From the sequence record SRR20825006_1783: a stretch of 44,553 nucleotides of DNA, one strand, 5' to 3'. This document shows, piece after piece, positions 7,257-16,285 of the stretch. How positions within the stretch are numbered: the stretch's first letter is position 1; the number at the start of each line of letters is the position of its first letter. Below the pieces are notes generated by a model. That model was not told where the DNA came from. It did not search any database and saw only the letters and a program-made list of their open reading frames with translations. The position numbers were made by a program, and so were the translations under genes.

Positions 7257-8834
7257 ATGAATGCCCATACCTATCCTCAGCTCTCCGCCGATCTGAACGG
7301 CAAAACATTTGATTATATCATCTGTGGTGCCGGGTCCGCCGGCTGCGTGATCGCCGCGCGCCTGTCCGAGGACCCTGCGGTTTCCGTCCTTCTGGTGGAA
7401 GCAGGTCACGGTGACACGCCCGATATGGTCTCCACCCCGCTGCGGGTGATCGACATTTGGTTTTCCGATTACGATTGGGGCTTTTCGACGGTGCCGCAAA
7501 AACATGCCGGAAACCGCCAAGTCTATTGGCCGCGGGGCAAGGTCATGGGTGGCTGTTCGTCGATGAACGGCATGATCTATGTGCGCGGCCATCAGGCGGA
7601 TTATGACGCTTGGGCGCTTCAGGGCAATTATGGTTGGGATTGGAAATCTGTCCTGCCGTATTTCAAGAAAATCGAAGATTTTGAAGGCGGTGCGGATGAC
7701 TATCGTGCCACTGGTGGACCGCTACGTGTGATCAAGGACTACGAGCCGCACCCGGTGATGCAGGCTTTGGTCAAAGCCGGTGTCGAAGCAGGCATTCCCT
7801 ATAACGAAGATTACAATGGTGAGACCACTGACGGTATTTCGCGCATCCAGTTCAACATCAAAGAAGGTAGGCGCGCCTCAACGGCGGCGGGTTATATCGA
7901 CCCGATCCACAACCGCGCCAATCTGACGGTGATGAGCGGCGCGCGGGCCGAGAAGGTCTTGATCTCTGAGGGCGTTGTCACCGGGGTTCGACTTGCCACG
8001 GCTACGGGGTCGGTCACGCTCAATGCCGCCAAAGAGGTGGTGCTTTCTGCGGGGACTTTGGAAAGCCCGAAAATCCTCATGCTCTCAGGGATCGGTCCGA
8101 AAGAGCACTTGGCCGAACATGGCATTGGTTGCATCTGTGATCTGCCGGGCGTGGGCCAGAACCTGCATGACCACACCTTCCTGCCGATGGTCTATGAGAG
8201 TAAGCCGGACTACCCGTTCCCGACCGACCCGAACCTGCCACCGATGCAGGTGCATATGTTCACCAAATCGCATCCCGACATGGCGGTGCCGGACCTTCAG
8301 CCGCTGTTTTTCTCGGTGCCCGCCTATGCGCCGGGGCAGGAGGGGCCGATGAATGCCTTCACGCTCCACGCTGCGGGCATTCGTCCAACGTCGCGTGGTG
8401 AGATGCGGTTGACCGGGGCGTCGATCAACGACCCTGTCGCGCTCGATCCAAATCTTTTGTCGACCCAATATGACGTTGATTGCCTCGTCACCTCGATGAA
8501 GCAAATTCGCGATCTCACCTCTCAGCCTGCGCTCAAAGACTGGGTGACGCGCGAGGTCTATCCGGGGCCGGAAGTGCAAACGGATGAAGCGTTGGCAGAG
8601 TATGCCCGCTCTTTCGTAGGCAGCTATCACCATCAGGTTGGCACCTGCGCCATGGGCACCTCGGCCATGTCGGTCGTCGACCCTGAATTGCGGGTCTATG
8701 GCGTCAAAGGGCTGCGTGTGGCGGACGCCTCGATCATGCCCGCCGTGCCGTCCGGCAACACCAATGCTCCGGCCATCATGATCGGCGAAAAATGCGCTGA
8801 TCTTATCAAGTTCAACGTCTGTGCCAGCGTTTGA
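7257..8834 (+). CDS. GMC-family FAD oxidoreductase (choline dehydrogenase / aryl-alcohol dehydrogenase-like)
   Basis: DYIICGAGSAGC, WPRGKVMGGCSSMNGMIYVRG, GVGQNLHDH, His/Asn active-site pair in YHHQVGTC and SGNTNAP. ATG at 7257. Confidence 0.9.
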   Translation: MNAHTYPQLSADLNGKTFDYIICGAGSAGCVIAARLSEDPAVSVLLVEAGHGDTPDMVSTPLRVIDIWFSDYDWGFSTVPQKHAGNRQVYWPRGKVMGGCSSMNGMIYVRGHQADYDAWALQGNYGWDWKSVLPYFKKIEDFEGGADDYRATGGPLRVIKDYEPHPVMQALVKAGVEAGIPYNEDYNGETTDGISRIQFNIKEGRRASTAAGYIDPIHNRANLTVMSGARAEKVLISEGVVTGVRLATATGSVTLNAAKEVVLSAGTLESPKILMLSGIGPKEHLAEHGIGCICDLPGVGQNLHDHTFLPMVYESKPDYPFPTDPNLPPMQVHMFTKSHPDMAVPDLQPLFFSVPAYAPGQEGPMNAFTLHAAGIRPTSRGEMRLTGASINDPVALDPNLLSTQYDVDCLVTSMKQIRDLTSQPALKDWVTREVYPGPEVQTDEALAEYARSFVGSYHHQVGTCAMGTSAMSVVDPELRVYGVKGLRVADASIMPAVPSGNTNAPAIMIGEKCADLIKFNVCASV

Positions 8835-8859
8835 ACCGTGTGTTCCAAGGATATTCAAC

Positions 8860-10149
8860 ATGACAAAGCTCACCATGAATCGTCGTCACCTGATTAAATC
8901 CACCGCAGCGGCAACCCTGTTTGCGCCGTCGATCGTGTCTGCCCGCCGTGCCCATGCCGCGGGGGGCACCTTGCGGGTTGGGTATGTCTCTCCGCGCTCC
9001 GGCGCGTTGAGTCAAATCTCTGAAAGTGACGGCTTTGTCATTGACGCCGTGCGGGATACGTTGGGCGGTAAACTTGAGACGGCGGCAGGGGCGCTCGACA
9101 TCGAGATCATCGAAAAGGACACGCAGTCTGATCCGAACCGGGCGGGCGATATGGCCTCCGATTTGATCTACCAAGATGAGGTCGATCTTGTGCTCGTCGG
9201 GTCCACACCGGATACGACCAACCCGGTTGCGGACCTGTGTGAACTCAACGGCGTTCCATGCCTCTCTGCGGCCACCCCATGGCAGTCCTGGTACTTTGGC
9301 CGCGGTGGTGCGCCAATGGAGAAAAGCTTTACCTACACCAACCACTTCTTCTGGGGGTCTGAGGATCTTTTGGCGGTATATTTTGGCCTTTGGGCCGGAT
9401 TAGAAACGAATAAAGTCGTCGGCGCGCTTTGGCCAAACGACCCGGATGGGATCGCTTTTGCCGATCCGAATCTGGGTTTTCCGCCCGCTCTGTCTGAGGC
9501 TGGCTATACCCTTGTCGATCCGGGCCGCTACCAAAACCTGAAGGATGATTTCTCCGCCGAGATCAATGCGTTCAAATCCGCAGGGGTCGAAATCGTCACT
9601 GGTGTCATGCTTCCACCTGACTTGGCGACCTTCATGACACAGGCCAAACAGATGGGCTACACGCCGAAATTCGTCACTGTGGCCAAAGCTGCTTTGACTC
9701 CAAAAGGTGTTGAAAGTTTCCCGGATGGTTTGGGTGAAAACCTTTCCGGTGAATATTATTGGGGGCCACAATACCCCTATGTGTCGTCGCTCACCGGCCA
9801 ATCGACCGAGATGCTTTGTGCCGCTTACATGGAGGGCACAGGCAACCAATGGCTGCAAGGCACAGGCTATGTTCATGCCCTGTTCGAGGTGGCGGTGGAT
9901 CTGCTCAAGCGCACAGAAGATGTGACTCCCGAGGCCGTTGTGGCGGCGATGAATGCCACCGATTTGAACACCTGTGTTGGGCATATCAAATGGGGCGATT
10001 TCGCTTTGGCGCCAAACGTTGCCAAAACGCCGGTCGCAGGCGGGCAGTGGCAATCGGACGGTGAGGGGGGCTTTAAATTGGTCTGCACCTTTAACGATGT
10101 CGCGCCTGATATTGTGACCAACGGCACTTTGGAACCGAAGGTTTGGTAA
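8860..10149 (+). CDS. ABC transporter substrate-binding protein (LivK-like fold), Tat-exported
   Basis: Twin-arginine signal NRRHLIK...AHA; VGYVSPRSG, KDTQSDPNRA, TPDTTNPVAD motifs; followed by Liv-type ATPases and permeases. Confidence 0.88.
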   Translation: MTKLTMNRRHLIKSTAAATLFAPSIVSARRAHAAGGTLRVGYVSPRSGALSQISESDGFVIDAVRDTLGGKLETAAGALDIEIIEKDTQSDPNRAGDMASDLIYQDEVDLVLVGSTPDTTNPVADLCELNGVPCLSAATPWQSWYFGRGGAPMEKSFTYTNHFFWGSEDLLAVYFGLWAGLETNKVVGALWPNDPDGIAFADPNLGFPPALSEAGYTLVDPGRYQNLKDDFSAEINAFKSAGVEIVTGVMLPPDLATFMTQAKQMGYTPKFVTVAKAALTPKGVESFPDGLGENLSGEYYWGPQYPYVSSLTGQSTEMLCAAYMEGTGNQWLQGTGYVHALFEVAVDLLKRTEDVTPEAVVAAMNATDLNTCVGHIKWGDFALAPNVAKTPVAGGQWQSDGEGGFKLVCTFNDVAPDIVTNGTLEPKVW

Positions 10150-10916
10150 GTGCTGTGACTGAGGTATTTACTCCCTCGGGACCCGTGCTTGAGGCGCGGG
10201 CCCTGACCAAGCGCTACGGCGCTTTGACGGTCAATGATGCGGTGTCCTTTTCGCTCGCAGCGGGTGAGGCGCTTGGTGTGCTTGGTCCGAACGGTGCAGG
10301 TAAAACGACGCTGTTGAAAATGCTCGCGGGATCGACCGCCCCAAGCGCCGGACAGGTGCTCTATGACGGGCGCGATATGTCCGGGCTGACCGAACCCGCA
10401 CGCTGTCGCCAAGGCATTGTGCGGACCTCGCAAGTGCCGCAACCGTTTGAACAAATCTCGGTTTGGGAAAACGTTTTGACGGCGGCCTATCACGGCGGGG
10501 GCCATCATGGCGATGCGGCGGAAGAGGTGGCCTACACCGCGCTCAAGCGCACGGGACTTTTGGAACGCCACGATGAAATGGCCGGAGCGTTGTCATTGAT
10601 GGGGCGCAAACGGTTGGAATTGTCGCGGGCACTGGCCTGTGAACCCAAGGTGCTTTTGCTGGATGAAATCGCAGGCGGCTTGACCGATTTCGAGGTCCAC
10701 GACCTTGTTGCGCTGATCCAAGATATTCGTACCTCAGGTGTTTCGATCATCTGGATTGAGCATGTGGTGCATGCGCTTGTGGCTGTCGTGGATCGTCTCA
10801 TTGCCTTGGATTTCGGTCAATTGATTGCCGAAGGCACTCCCGACGAGGTGATGGAAGGCGAGGCCTTCAAACGCGCCTATTTTGGCGAGGATGCGATTTT
10901 AGAAGGGGCGCGCTGA
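10143..10916 (+). CDS. ABC ATP-binding subunit, LivG-like
   Basis: Walker A GPNGAGKTT, Walker B LLLDE, WIEH. True start may be GTG 10155 or later. Confidence 0.88.
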   Translation: MVSAVTEVFTPSGPVLEARALTKRYGALTVNDAVSFSLAAGEALGVLGPNGAGKTTLLKMLAGSTAPSAGQVLYDGRDMSGLTEPARCRQGIVRTSQVPQPFEQISVWENVLTAAYHGGGHHGDAAEEVAYTALKRTGLLERHDEMAGALSLMGRKRLELSRALACEPKVLLLDEIAGGLTDFEVHDLVALIQDIRTSGVSIIWIEHVVHALVAVVDRLIALDFGQLIAEGTPDEVMEGEAFKRAYFGEDAILEGAR

Positions 10917-11620
10917 TGGCTTTGCTTGAGGTTGAAAACCTATCCGCCGGATACGGATTGTTTCAGGCCCTTCGCGGAATTTCCTTGGCTGCTGAGGAAG
11001 GCGAAACCTTGGCCATCGTCGGGGCCAATGGTGCCGGCAAAACAACATTGCTGCGCACGATTTGTGGCGCGCTTCCGGCGATGACGGGTCGGGTGTCCTT
11101 TGACGGCACGTCGATTGAAAACAGTTCGGCGCATCAACTGGCCCGGCTTGGTATTTCGATGGTGCCAGAGGGGCGCAAACTGTTCCCAAGCCTCACGGTC
11201 GAAGACAATTTGATCATCGGCAGCTATCCAAAACGCAAAGGCTTTTGGACGGTGGAGCGCGTGTATGCGCTTTTCCCCGAATTGGTCAAACGCCGCAACA
11301 ATCGCGGGCTGGATCTGTCAGGCGGGGAGCAGCAAATGGTCGCGATTGGCCGGGCCCTGATGGCCAATCCCCGGTTGTTGTTGATGGATGAAATCTCCCT
11401 TGGCCTTGCGCCTATTGTGGTGAATCAAATTTACAAAAGCCTGCCGGAAATCAGCGGCCATGGCACCTCTATTGTCCTTGTTGAACAGGATTTGAACCGG
11501 GCACTGAGTGTTTCCAATCACGTCTATTGCCTGCTTGAAGGCCATGTTGAACTGTCCGGTCTTTCGGCCCAGATGGATCGCCAGGCCTTGATCGACGCTT
11601 ATTTTGGAGCAAATGCATGA
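10916..11620 (+). CDS. ABC ATP-binding subunit, LivF-like
   Basis: GANGAGKTT, VPEGRKLFP, LSGGEQQM, LLMDEISLGLAP, LVEQ. Confidence 0.92.
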   Translation: MALLEVENLSAGYGLFQALRGISLAAEEGETLAIVGANGAGKTTLLRTICGALPAMTGRVSFDGTSIENSSAHQLARLGISMVPEGRKLFPSLTVEDNLIIGSYPKRKGFWTVERVYALFPELVKRRNNRGLDLSGGEQQMVAIGRALMANPRLLLMDEISLGLAPIVVNQIYKSLPEISGHGTSIVLVEQDLNRALSVSNHVYCLLEGHVELSGLSAQMDRQALIDAYFGANA

Positions 11621-12489
11621 TTGCGACGTCTACCATGCTCAACGGTGTCCTTTTGGGCGGTCTTTATGCGCTTTACGGGCTGGGTCTGTCTTTGACATTC
11701 GGCATTATGCGCACCGTCAATCTCGCCCATGGGGACATCATTGTTCTCGCGACCTACCTCGCGCTTATAACCACGCAGGTGTTGGGGCTGACGCCTCTCA
11801 TGTCGCTCGCCGTGCTTGTTCCGGTGATGTTTTGTATCGGCTACGGGCTTCAACGCTTGATCCTCAATCGCACGCTGAAAGACGGGATGATGCCGGCGGT
11901 GATCATCACCTTTGGCCTGTCTTTTGTCATTCAGAACGGCTTGCTTTTGGGCTTTTCCGCGGATCGTCAGGTGCTGCGGCAGGGGGCGATTGAAACCATG
12001 GGGGTCACGCTCGCGCCCGGAGTGACCATCGGCGTGTTCCCGATTTTGACTTTGGCGGTTTTGTTGGTGATGATCTTTGCGCTTCAGGCCTTTATGGGGC
12101 GCACGCTTTTGGGGCGCGCGTTTCGTGCCACGTCAGATGACCCGGCAACGGCGGAGTTGATGGGCATCGACGGCAAGCGCATTTATGGCCTCGCGATGGG
12201 GCTGTCTTTTGCCATCATCGCGGTCACTGGCGTGGTGATGGGCATTCGCTCGAACTTCTCGCCGTTTGACGGCCCCGCGCGGCTTATTTTCGCTTTTGAG
12301 GTCATCATCATTGGCGGCATGGGGTCGATTTATGGCGTGCTTGCGGGTGGGTTGATCCTTGGCATCGCCCAGACGATTGGCGGCGCGATCAATCCCACAT
12401 TTTTCCAACTTGCGGGCCATCTCGTGACGCTTGGCATTCTTGTCGTGCGGCCGTCTGGTCTGTTTCCAGAGACCATAGAGAGGGACTGA
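11617..12489 (+). CDS. ABC permease, LivH-like
   Basis: NGVLLGGLYAL, VNLAHG, GRAFRATSDD...AELMGI, IIGGMGSIYG. Confidence 0.92.
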   Translation: MIATSTMLNGVLLGGLYALYGLGLSLTFGIMRTVNLAHGDIIVLATYLALITTQVLGLTPLMSLAVLVPVMFCIGYGLQRLILNRTLKDGMMPAVIITFGLSFVIQNGLLLGFSADRQVLRQGAIETMGVTLAPGVTIGVFPILTLAVLLVMIFALQAFMGRTLLGRAFRATSDDPATAELMGIDGKRIYGLAMGLSFAIIAVTGVVMGIRSNFSPFDGPARLIFAFEVIIIGGMGSIYGVLAGGLILGIAQTIGGAINPTFFQLAGHLVTLGILVVRPSGLFPETIERD

Positions 12490-12491
12490 TC

Positions 12492-13523
12492 ATGGCCGAG
12501 TCTCAGATCGTGCCCCCCCGCCTGTATGCGCGCACATCGTCTGCCGCGCTGCCACTCTTTGCCTTTGCCGTCATCTTGGCCGCGCTCATCACTTTGCCAT
12601 TTTGGGCCACGGGTTACACCCAGCGCTCGGTGTTGGAATTCCTGTATTTCCTCGCTCTTGCCCAAGCATGGAACCTGATGGCGGGCTATGCCGGGATGAT
12701 GTCCATCGGCCAACAGGCTTTTGTTGGCATCGGGGCTTATGGCCTTGTGGTCATGGCCGAAGACCTTGGCATAAACCCCTTTCTCACAGTGCCTCTTGCC
12801 GCCATTCTGGCCGTCATCCTTGCGGTCCCGGTGAGTTGGCTTTTGTTCCGACTGAAGGGCGCATATTTTGCCGTGGCCACATGGGTCATTGCCGAAACCG
12901 TGCGTCTGACGGTGAACGCCAATATTGATTGGCTCGGCGGTGGTCGCGGCCGCACCGTGCGGTCGCTGGGTCAATTTGACCGGCATCTGCGCGAAGACCT
13001 AGGCTATTGGGTGGCGCTTGCGCTCGCGATCATCGCGGTGTTCGGCGTGTTTTTCCTGTTGCGCTCCAAAACCGGGTTGGCGCTTCAGGCGATCCGCGAC
13101 ACCGAGAATGGCGCGCGCAGTGTGGGTGTTGAAACCCGGCGCACCAAACGCATCGTCTACCTTTTTGCCGCTGCCATTGCCGGGGCAACGGGAGCGCTGA
13201 TTTACATTGTTCAGATCAATGTGCGCCCGGATGCGGCCTTTTCGATCAACTGGGCGGCCTATGTGATTTTCATCGTGGTGATTGGCGGGATCGGCACCAT
13301 CGAAGGGCCGATCTTGGGCACGTTGGTGTTCTTTTTCCTGCGCGGCATGTTGGCCGATCTTGAGGCGTGGTCGATGCTGATCTTTGGTCTGATCGCCATC
13401 ATGATGATGCTCTTTGCTCCAAAAGGGCTCTGGGGTCTTTTGAACACCCATCGGCCTGTCCTTTTGTTTCGTACGGCGCGACGCCTTCCGGAGAGGTTCG
13501 CGCCCCAAAAAGAAGGTGAATAG
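12492..13523 (+). CDS. ABC permease, LivM-like
   Basis: WNLMAGYAGMMSIGQQAFVGIGAY, RLKGAYFAVATW, VIGGIGTIEGPILG. Confidence 0.92.
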   Translation: MAESQIVPPRLYARTSSAALPLFAFAVILAALITLPFWATGYTQRSVLEFLYFLALAQAWNLMAGYAGMMSIGQQAFVGIGAYGLVVMAEDLGINPFLTVPLAAILAVILAVPVSWLLFRLKGAYFAVATWVIAETVRLTVNANIDWLGGGRGRTVRSLGQFDRHLREDLGYWVALALAIIAVFGVFFLLRSKTGLALQAIRDTENGARSVGVETRRTKRIVYLFAAAIAGATGALIYIVQINVRPDAAFSINWAAYVIFIVVIGGIGTIEGPILGTLVFFFLRGMLADLEAWSMLIFGLIAIMMMLFAPKGLWGLLNTHRPVLLFRTARRLPERFAPQKEGE

Positions 13524-13525
13524 AC

Positions 13526-14632
13526 GTGACAAAACCAGTTTTTTATTTCGACGAAAAGACACTTTGGTTCACGGCGGGTCTCTCCGCATTGGTGCAGCCT
13601 GTTGGCGGCTGGGTTCAGCCTCCGGCGAGTGGCGGCCATGCCGACAGCCCAGATCCCAAACGGCGACTTAAATCTTTGATGGATGTCTCCGGGTTGACGC
13701 AGGCATTCGACGTCAAAACCGCAGCGCCTTTGACGGACGCGGAGCTACAGCGCATTCATCCCAAATCCTACCTTGAGGCATTCAAAGCCATGAGCGATGC
13801 GGGCGGTGGGGCACTGCATCCGACCGCGCCTTTTTCCGGTGGGAGTTATGAGATCGCGGCACTTTCTGCGGGGCTGGTGAGCCGCGCCGTTTTGGATGTG
13901 GCCGAAGGAGCGTGTCAGCGCGCCTATGCCATTTCGCGCCCCTCTGGCCATCATTGCTTGCCCGACACGCCAATGGGATTTTGCATGTTTGCCAATGTCG
14001 CCATTGCGGTGCGCTCCGCTCAGGAGGCTGGTATCGGGCGGATTGCGGTGCTCGATTGGGACGTGCATCACGGCAATGGCACAGAGGCCTGTTTTTACGA
14101 TGATCCGACGGTCTTGACGATCTCGATGCACCAAGAGGCCTGTTTTCCGCCCGGAAGTTCGGGCGCAGTGGAGGCCGCAGGAGAAGGGGCGGGGATCGGT
14201 GCAAATGTGAATGTCCCGATTTGGCCCGGCGCGGGGCACGCCGCCTATCTCTATGCCTTTGAGCGTATCGTTGCGCCGTCGATCACCGAGTTCGCGCCAG
14301 AGATGATCATCGTGGTCAACGGGTTGGATGCCAATGGTGTCGATCCTTTGGCGCGTATGTTGGCGCATAGCGAGACGTTTCGGGCCCTGACCAAGAGCGT
14401 GATGGCGCTTTCCGAAGTGCTCTGTGAGGGCCGTCTCGTGATCGTCCAAGAGGGCGGTTATGCCGAAAGCTATGTCCCGTTTTGCGCACTTGCCGTTCTC
14501 GAAGAACTTTCGGGTGCGCGCACCGAGGTTGAGGATCCCTTTCTCGATTTGCTCATCGAACAGCAACCCAGCACTGAGGCCGTCGCAGCACAGCTTGCGG
14601 CCTTGGCGCGACACCCACGACACGTCCCATAA
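13526..14632 (+). CDS. Zn-dependent histone-deacetylase-family amidohydrolase (class II HDAH-like)
   Basis: RPSGHH, GFCMF, DWDVHHGNGT, GLDANGVDPL and QEGGY catalytic/metal motifs all intact. GTG start with SD AAGGTG. Confidence 0.9.
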   Translation: MTKPVFYFDEKTLWFTAGLSALVQPVGGWVQPPASGGHADSPDPKRRLKSLMDVSGLTQAFDVKTAAPLTDAELQRIHPKSYLEAFKAMSDAGGGALHPTAPFSGGSYEIAALSAGLVSRAVLDVAEGACQRAYAISRPSGHHCLPDTPMGFCMFANVAIAVRSAQEAGIGRIAVLDWDVHHGNGTEACFYDDPTVLTISMHQEACFPPGSSGAVEAAGEGAGIGANVNVPIWPGAGHAAYLYAFERIVAPSITEFAPEMIIVVNGLDANGVDPLARMLAHSETFRALTKSVMALSEVLCEGRLVIVQEGGYAESYVPFCALAVLEELSGARTEVEDPFLDLLIEQQPSTEAVAAQLAALARHPRHVP

Positions 14633-14675
14633 ACACGGCCGGAAAGGTCGGAACACACTCAATAGGAGACAGCAA

Positions 14676-15710
14676 ATGAAGACGCACATCAAATCTCTGG
14701 TCACCTTGGCCGTCACGGTTTCCACACTGGTGGCCGCCCCGGTGATGGCCAAAGGGACCAGACTCGACATTCAAAGCGCATGGCCTTTAACCATGCCCGC
14801 AAGTGGCGCCAACGCGGCATATTTGGGTGAGACGCTCAATGAAAGCTCAGGTGGGTCGCTTGATGTGACTGTTTATGGCGCGGGCAAATTGGTGCCGTCG
14901 CTGCAAATTTTCGACGCGGTGCAACAGGGTACGTTGGACGCGGGTATCACCTCTCCGCTCTATGTCGCGGGTCGCTTTCCGGCTGTGCAATTGTTTGGCG
15001 GCATCCCCTTTGGCCCCGACGCAATCACCCACACGGCTTGGCTTTATGACGGTGGCGGGCGCGAAATCTGGTCCGAAATCTACGCCAAACAGGGGGTTGT
15101 AACCATCCCCTGTGGCCTGATGGATAGCGAAGCGGGTGGCTGGTACAATTTCGAGATCAACACGGTCGATGATTTCAAAGGCAAGAAGGTTCGGTTTGCC
15201 GGGCTGGCCGGCGAGGCGATGGTCAAGGTCGGTGCGTCCATCGTGCTTTTGCCGGGTGGTGAGATCTATCCGGGTCTTGAAAAAGGTCTGATTGATGGCA
15301 CTGAATTGTCCATGCCCGCCATCGACATCACTCTGGGTCTTCAGCAAGTGGGCAAATACTATTACCTCCCCGGTTGGCACCAACCCGCCGCGATGAATGA
15401 GTTGATCGTCAATCAGGCGAAATGGGACAGTTTGGACGCCAGCCAACAGGCTTTGATCGAAGAGAGCTGTAAGGCCGTGAACCTTGAGTCCATCACCTCG
15501 ACCATGGCGTTGAATGCCAAAGCCGTGGCCGAGTTTGAAGCCGCTGGTGTTGAGATCAAATCCTTCCCGCCGGAAGTCTTGGAGCATCTCCATGCCGCCT
15601 TTGACGAGGTGATCGCCGAACAAACTTCCAAAGACGCCGATTTCAAACGGGTCTGGGAGTCGCTGACCGCTTACCGCGCCTCTGTCGCACCTTGGGCGGA
15701 ACGCCGTTAA
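14676..15710 (+). CDS. dctP: TRAP transporter substrate-binding protein (DctP/TakP-like)
   Basis: Signal peptide; GAGKLVP, FDAVQQG, GGIPFG, YYYLPGWHQP motifs. SD AGGAG, ATG 14676. Confidence 0.9.
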   Translation: MKTHIKSLVTLAVTVSTLVAAPVMAKGTRLDIQSAWPLTMPASGANAAYLGETLNESSGGSLDVTVYGAGKLVPSLQIFDAVQQGTLDAGITSPLYVAGRFPAVQLFGGIPFGPDAITHTAWLYDGGGREIWSEIYAKQGVVTIPCGLMDSEAGGWYNFEINTVDDFKGKKVRFAGLAGEAMVKVGASIVLLPGGEIYPGLEKGLIDGTELSMPAIDITLGLQQVGKYYYLPGWHQPAAMNELIVNQAKWDSLDASQQALIEESCKAVNLESITSTMALNAKAVAEFEAAGVEIKSFPPEVLEHLHAAFDEVIAEQTSKDADFKRVWESLTAYRASVAPWAERR

Positions 15711-15717
15711 GCCATCT

Positions 15718-15742
15718 GCGCCGGGGGGGATACCTCCGGCGC
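15718..15742 (+). other. Intercistronic hairpin after dctP (probable mRNA stabiliser)
   Basis: GCGCCGGGGG-N5-CCTCCGGCGC, typical position after a solute-binding protein gene. Confidence 0.55.
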
Positions 15743-15763
15743 GCATTTGCAGGGAAGCACATC

Positions 15764-16276
15764 ATGCAAATCGTTATCGCGCTCATTGAGGGCTTCATCA
15801 TCCGGGTTGGTAAAATCGGCGCGTTGTTTTTACCGCTTTTGATGCTCACCATTCTGGTTAATGTCACCTCTCGATATGCCTTCGGCATTGGCTCGATCGA
15901 GTTGGAAGAACTGCAATGGCACCTCAATGCCGTGGCGGTGATGTCGTGTCTGGCATGGACCTATCAACAAGACGCTCATGTGCGCGTTGATGCGTTTCAC
16001 GTCAAAATGTCGGCCACGCAAAAGGCCATCGTCGAACTGTGCGGCGTGGTGTTTTTGTTGTTGCCGTTCCTTTGGTTTGTCACTGACAGCGCGTGGACGA
16101 TTTTTGGCTATTCTTGGCGCCTCAAAGAAGGCTCGCCCATGCCGTCGGGGTTGCCCGCGCGCTACATCATCAAGTTCGTGATGGCCGCTGGGCTCAGCCT
16201 TTTGGCGTTGCAGGCCGTGGCCATTGCTCTGAAATCCATCCTCTTTCTGTTTGGTCCCAAGACCTACAAAGACTAA
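15764..16276 (+). CDS. dctQ: TRAP small permease
   Basis: 4 TM; RYAFG, LEELQWHL, HVRVD, EGSPMPSGLP. Confidence 0.9.
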   Translation: MQIVIALIEGFIIRVGKIGALFLPLLMLTILVNVTSRYAFGIGSIELEELQWHLNAVAVMSCLAWTYQQDAHVRVDAFHVKMSATQKAIVELCGVVFLLLPFLWFVTDSAWTIFGYSWRLKEGSPMPSGLPARYIIKFVMAAGLSLLALQAVAIALKSILFLFGPKTYKD

Positions 16277-16285
16277 GGCGCAATC

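Noticed and set aside
7064-7312. 82-aa ORF or a tiny ATG-ATC-TGA frame in the structured spacer as a leader peptide
   Set aside because: No Trp-rich or other attenuator signature, poor SD spacing and no coding-like features.
7257-8834. Calling the GMC and ALDH pair betA/betB
   Set aside because: The ALDH resembles phenylacetaldehyde dehydrogenases, and no betI, betC or choline transporter is adjacent.
13526-14632. Asserting melatonin as the substrate of the island
   Set aside because: No dedicated O-demethylase (VanA-type, P450 or THF-dependent) is visible, so melatonin is kept only as a compound to test.
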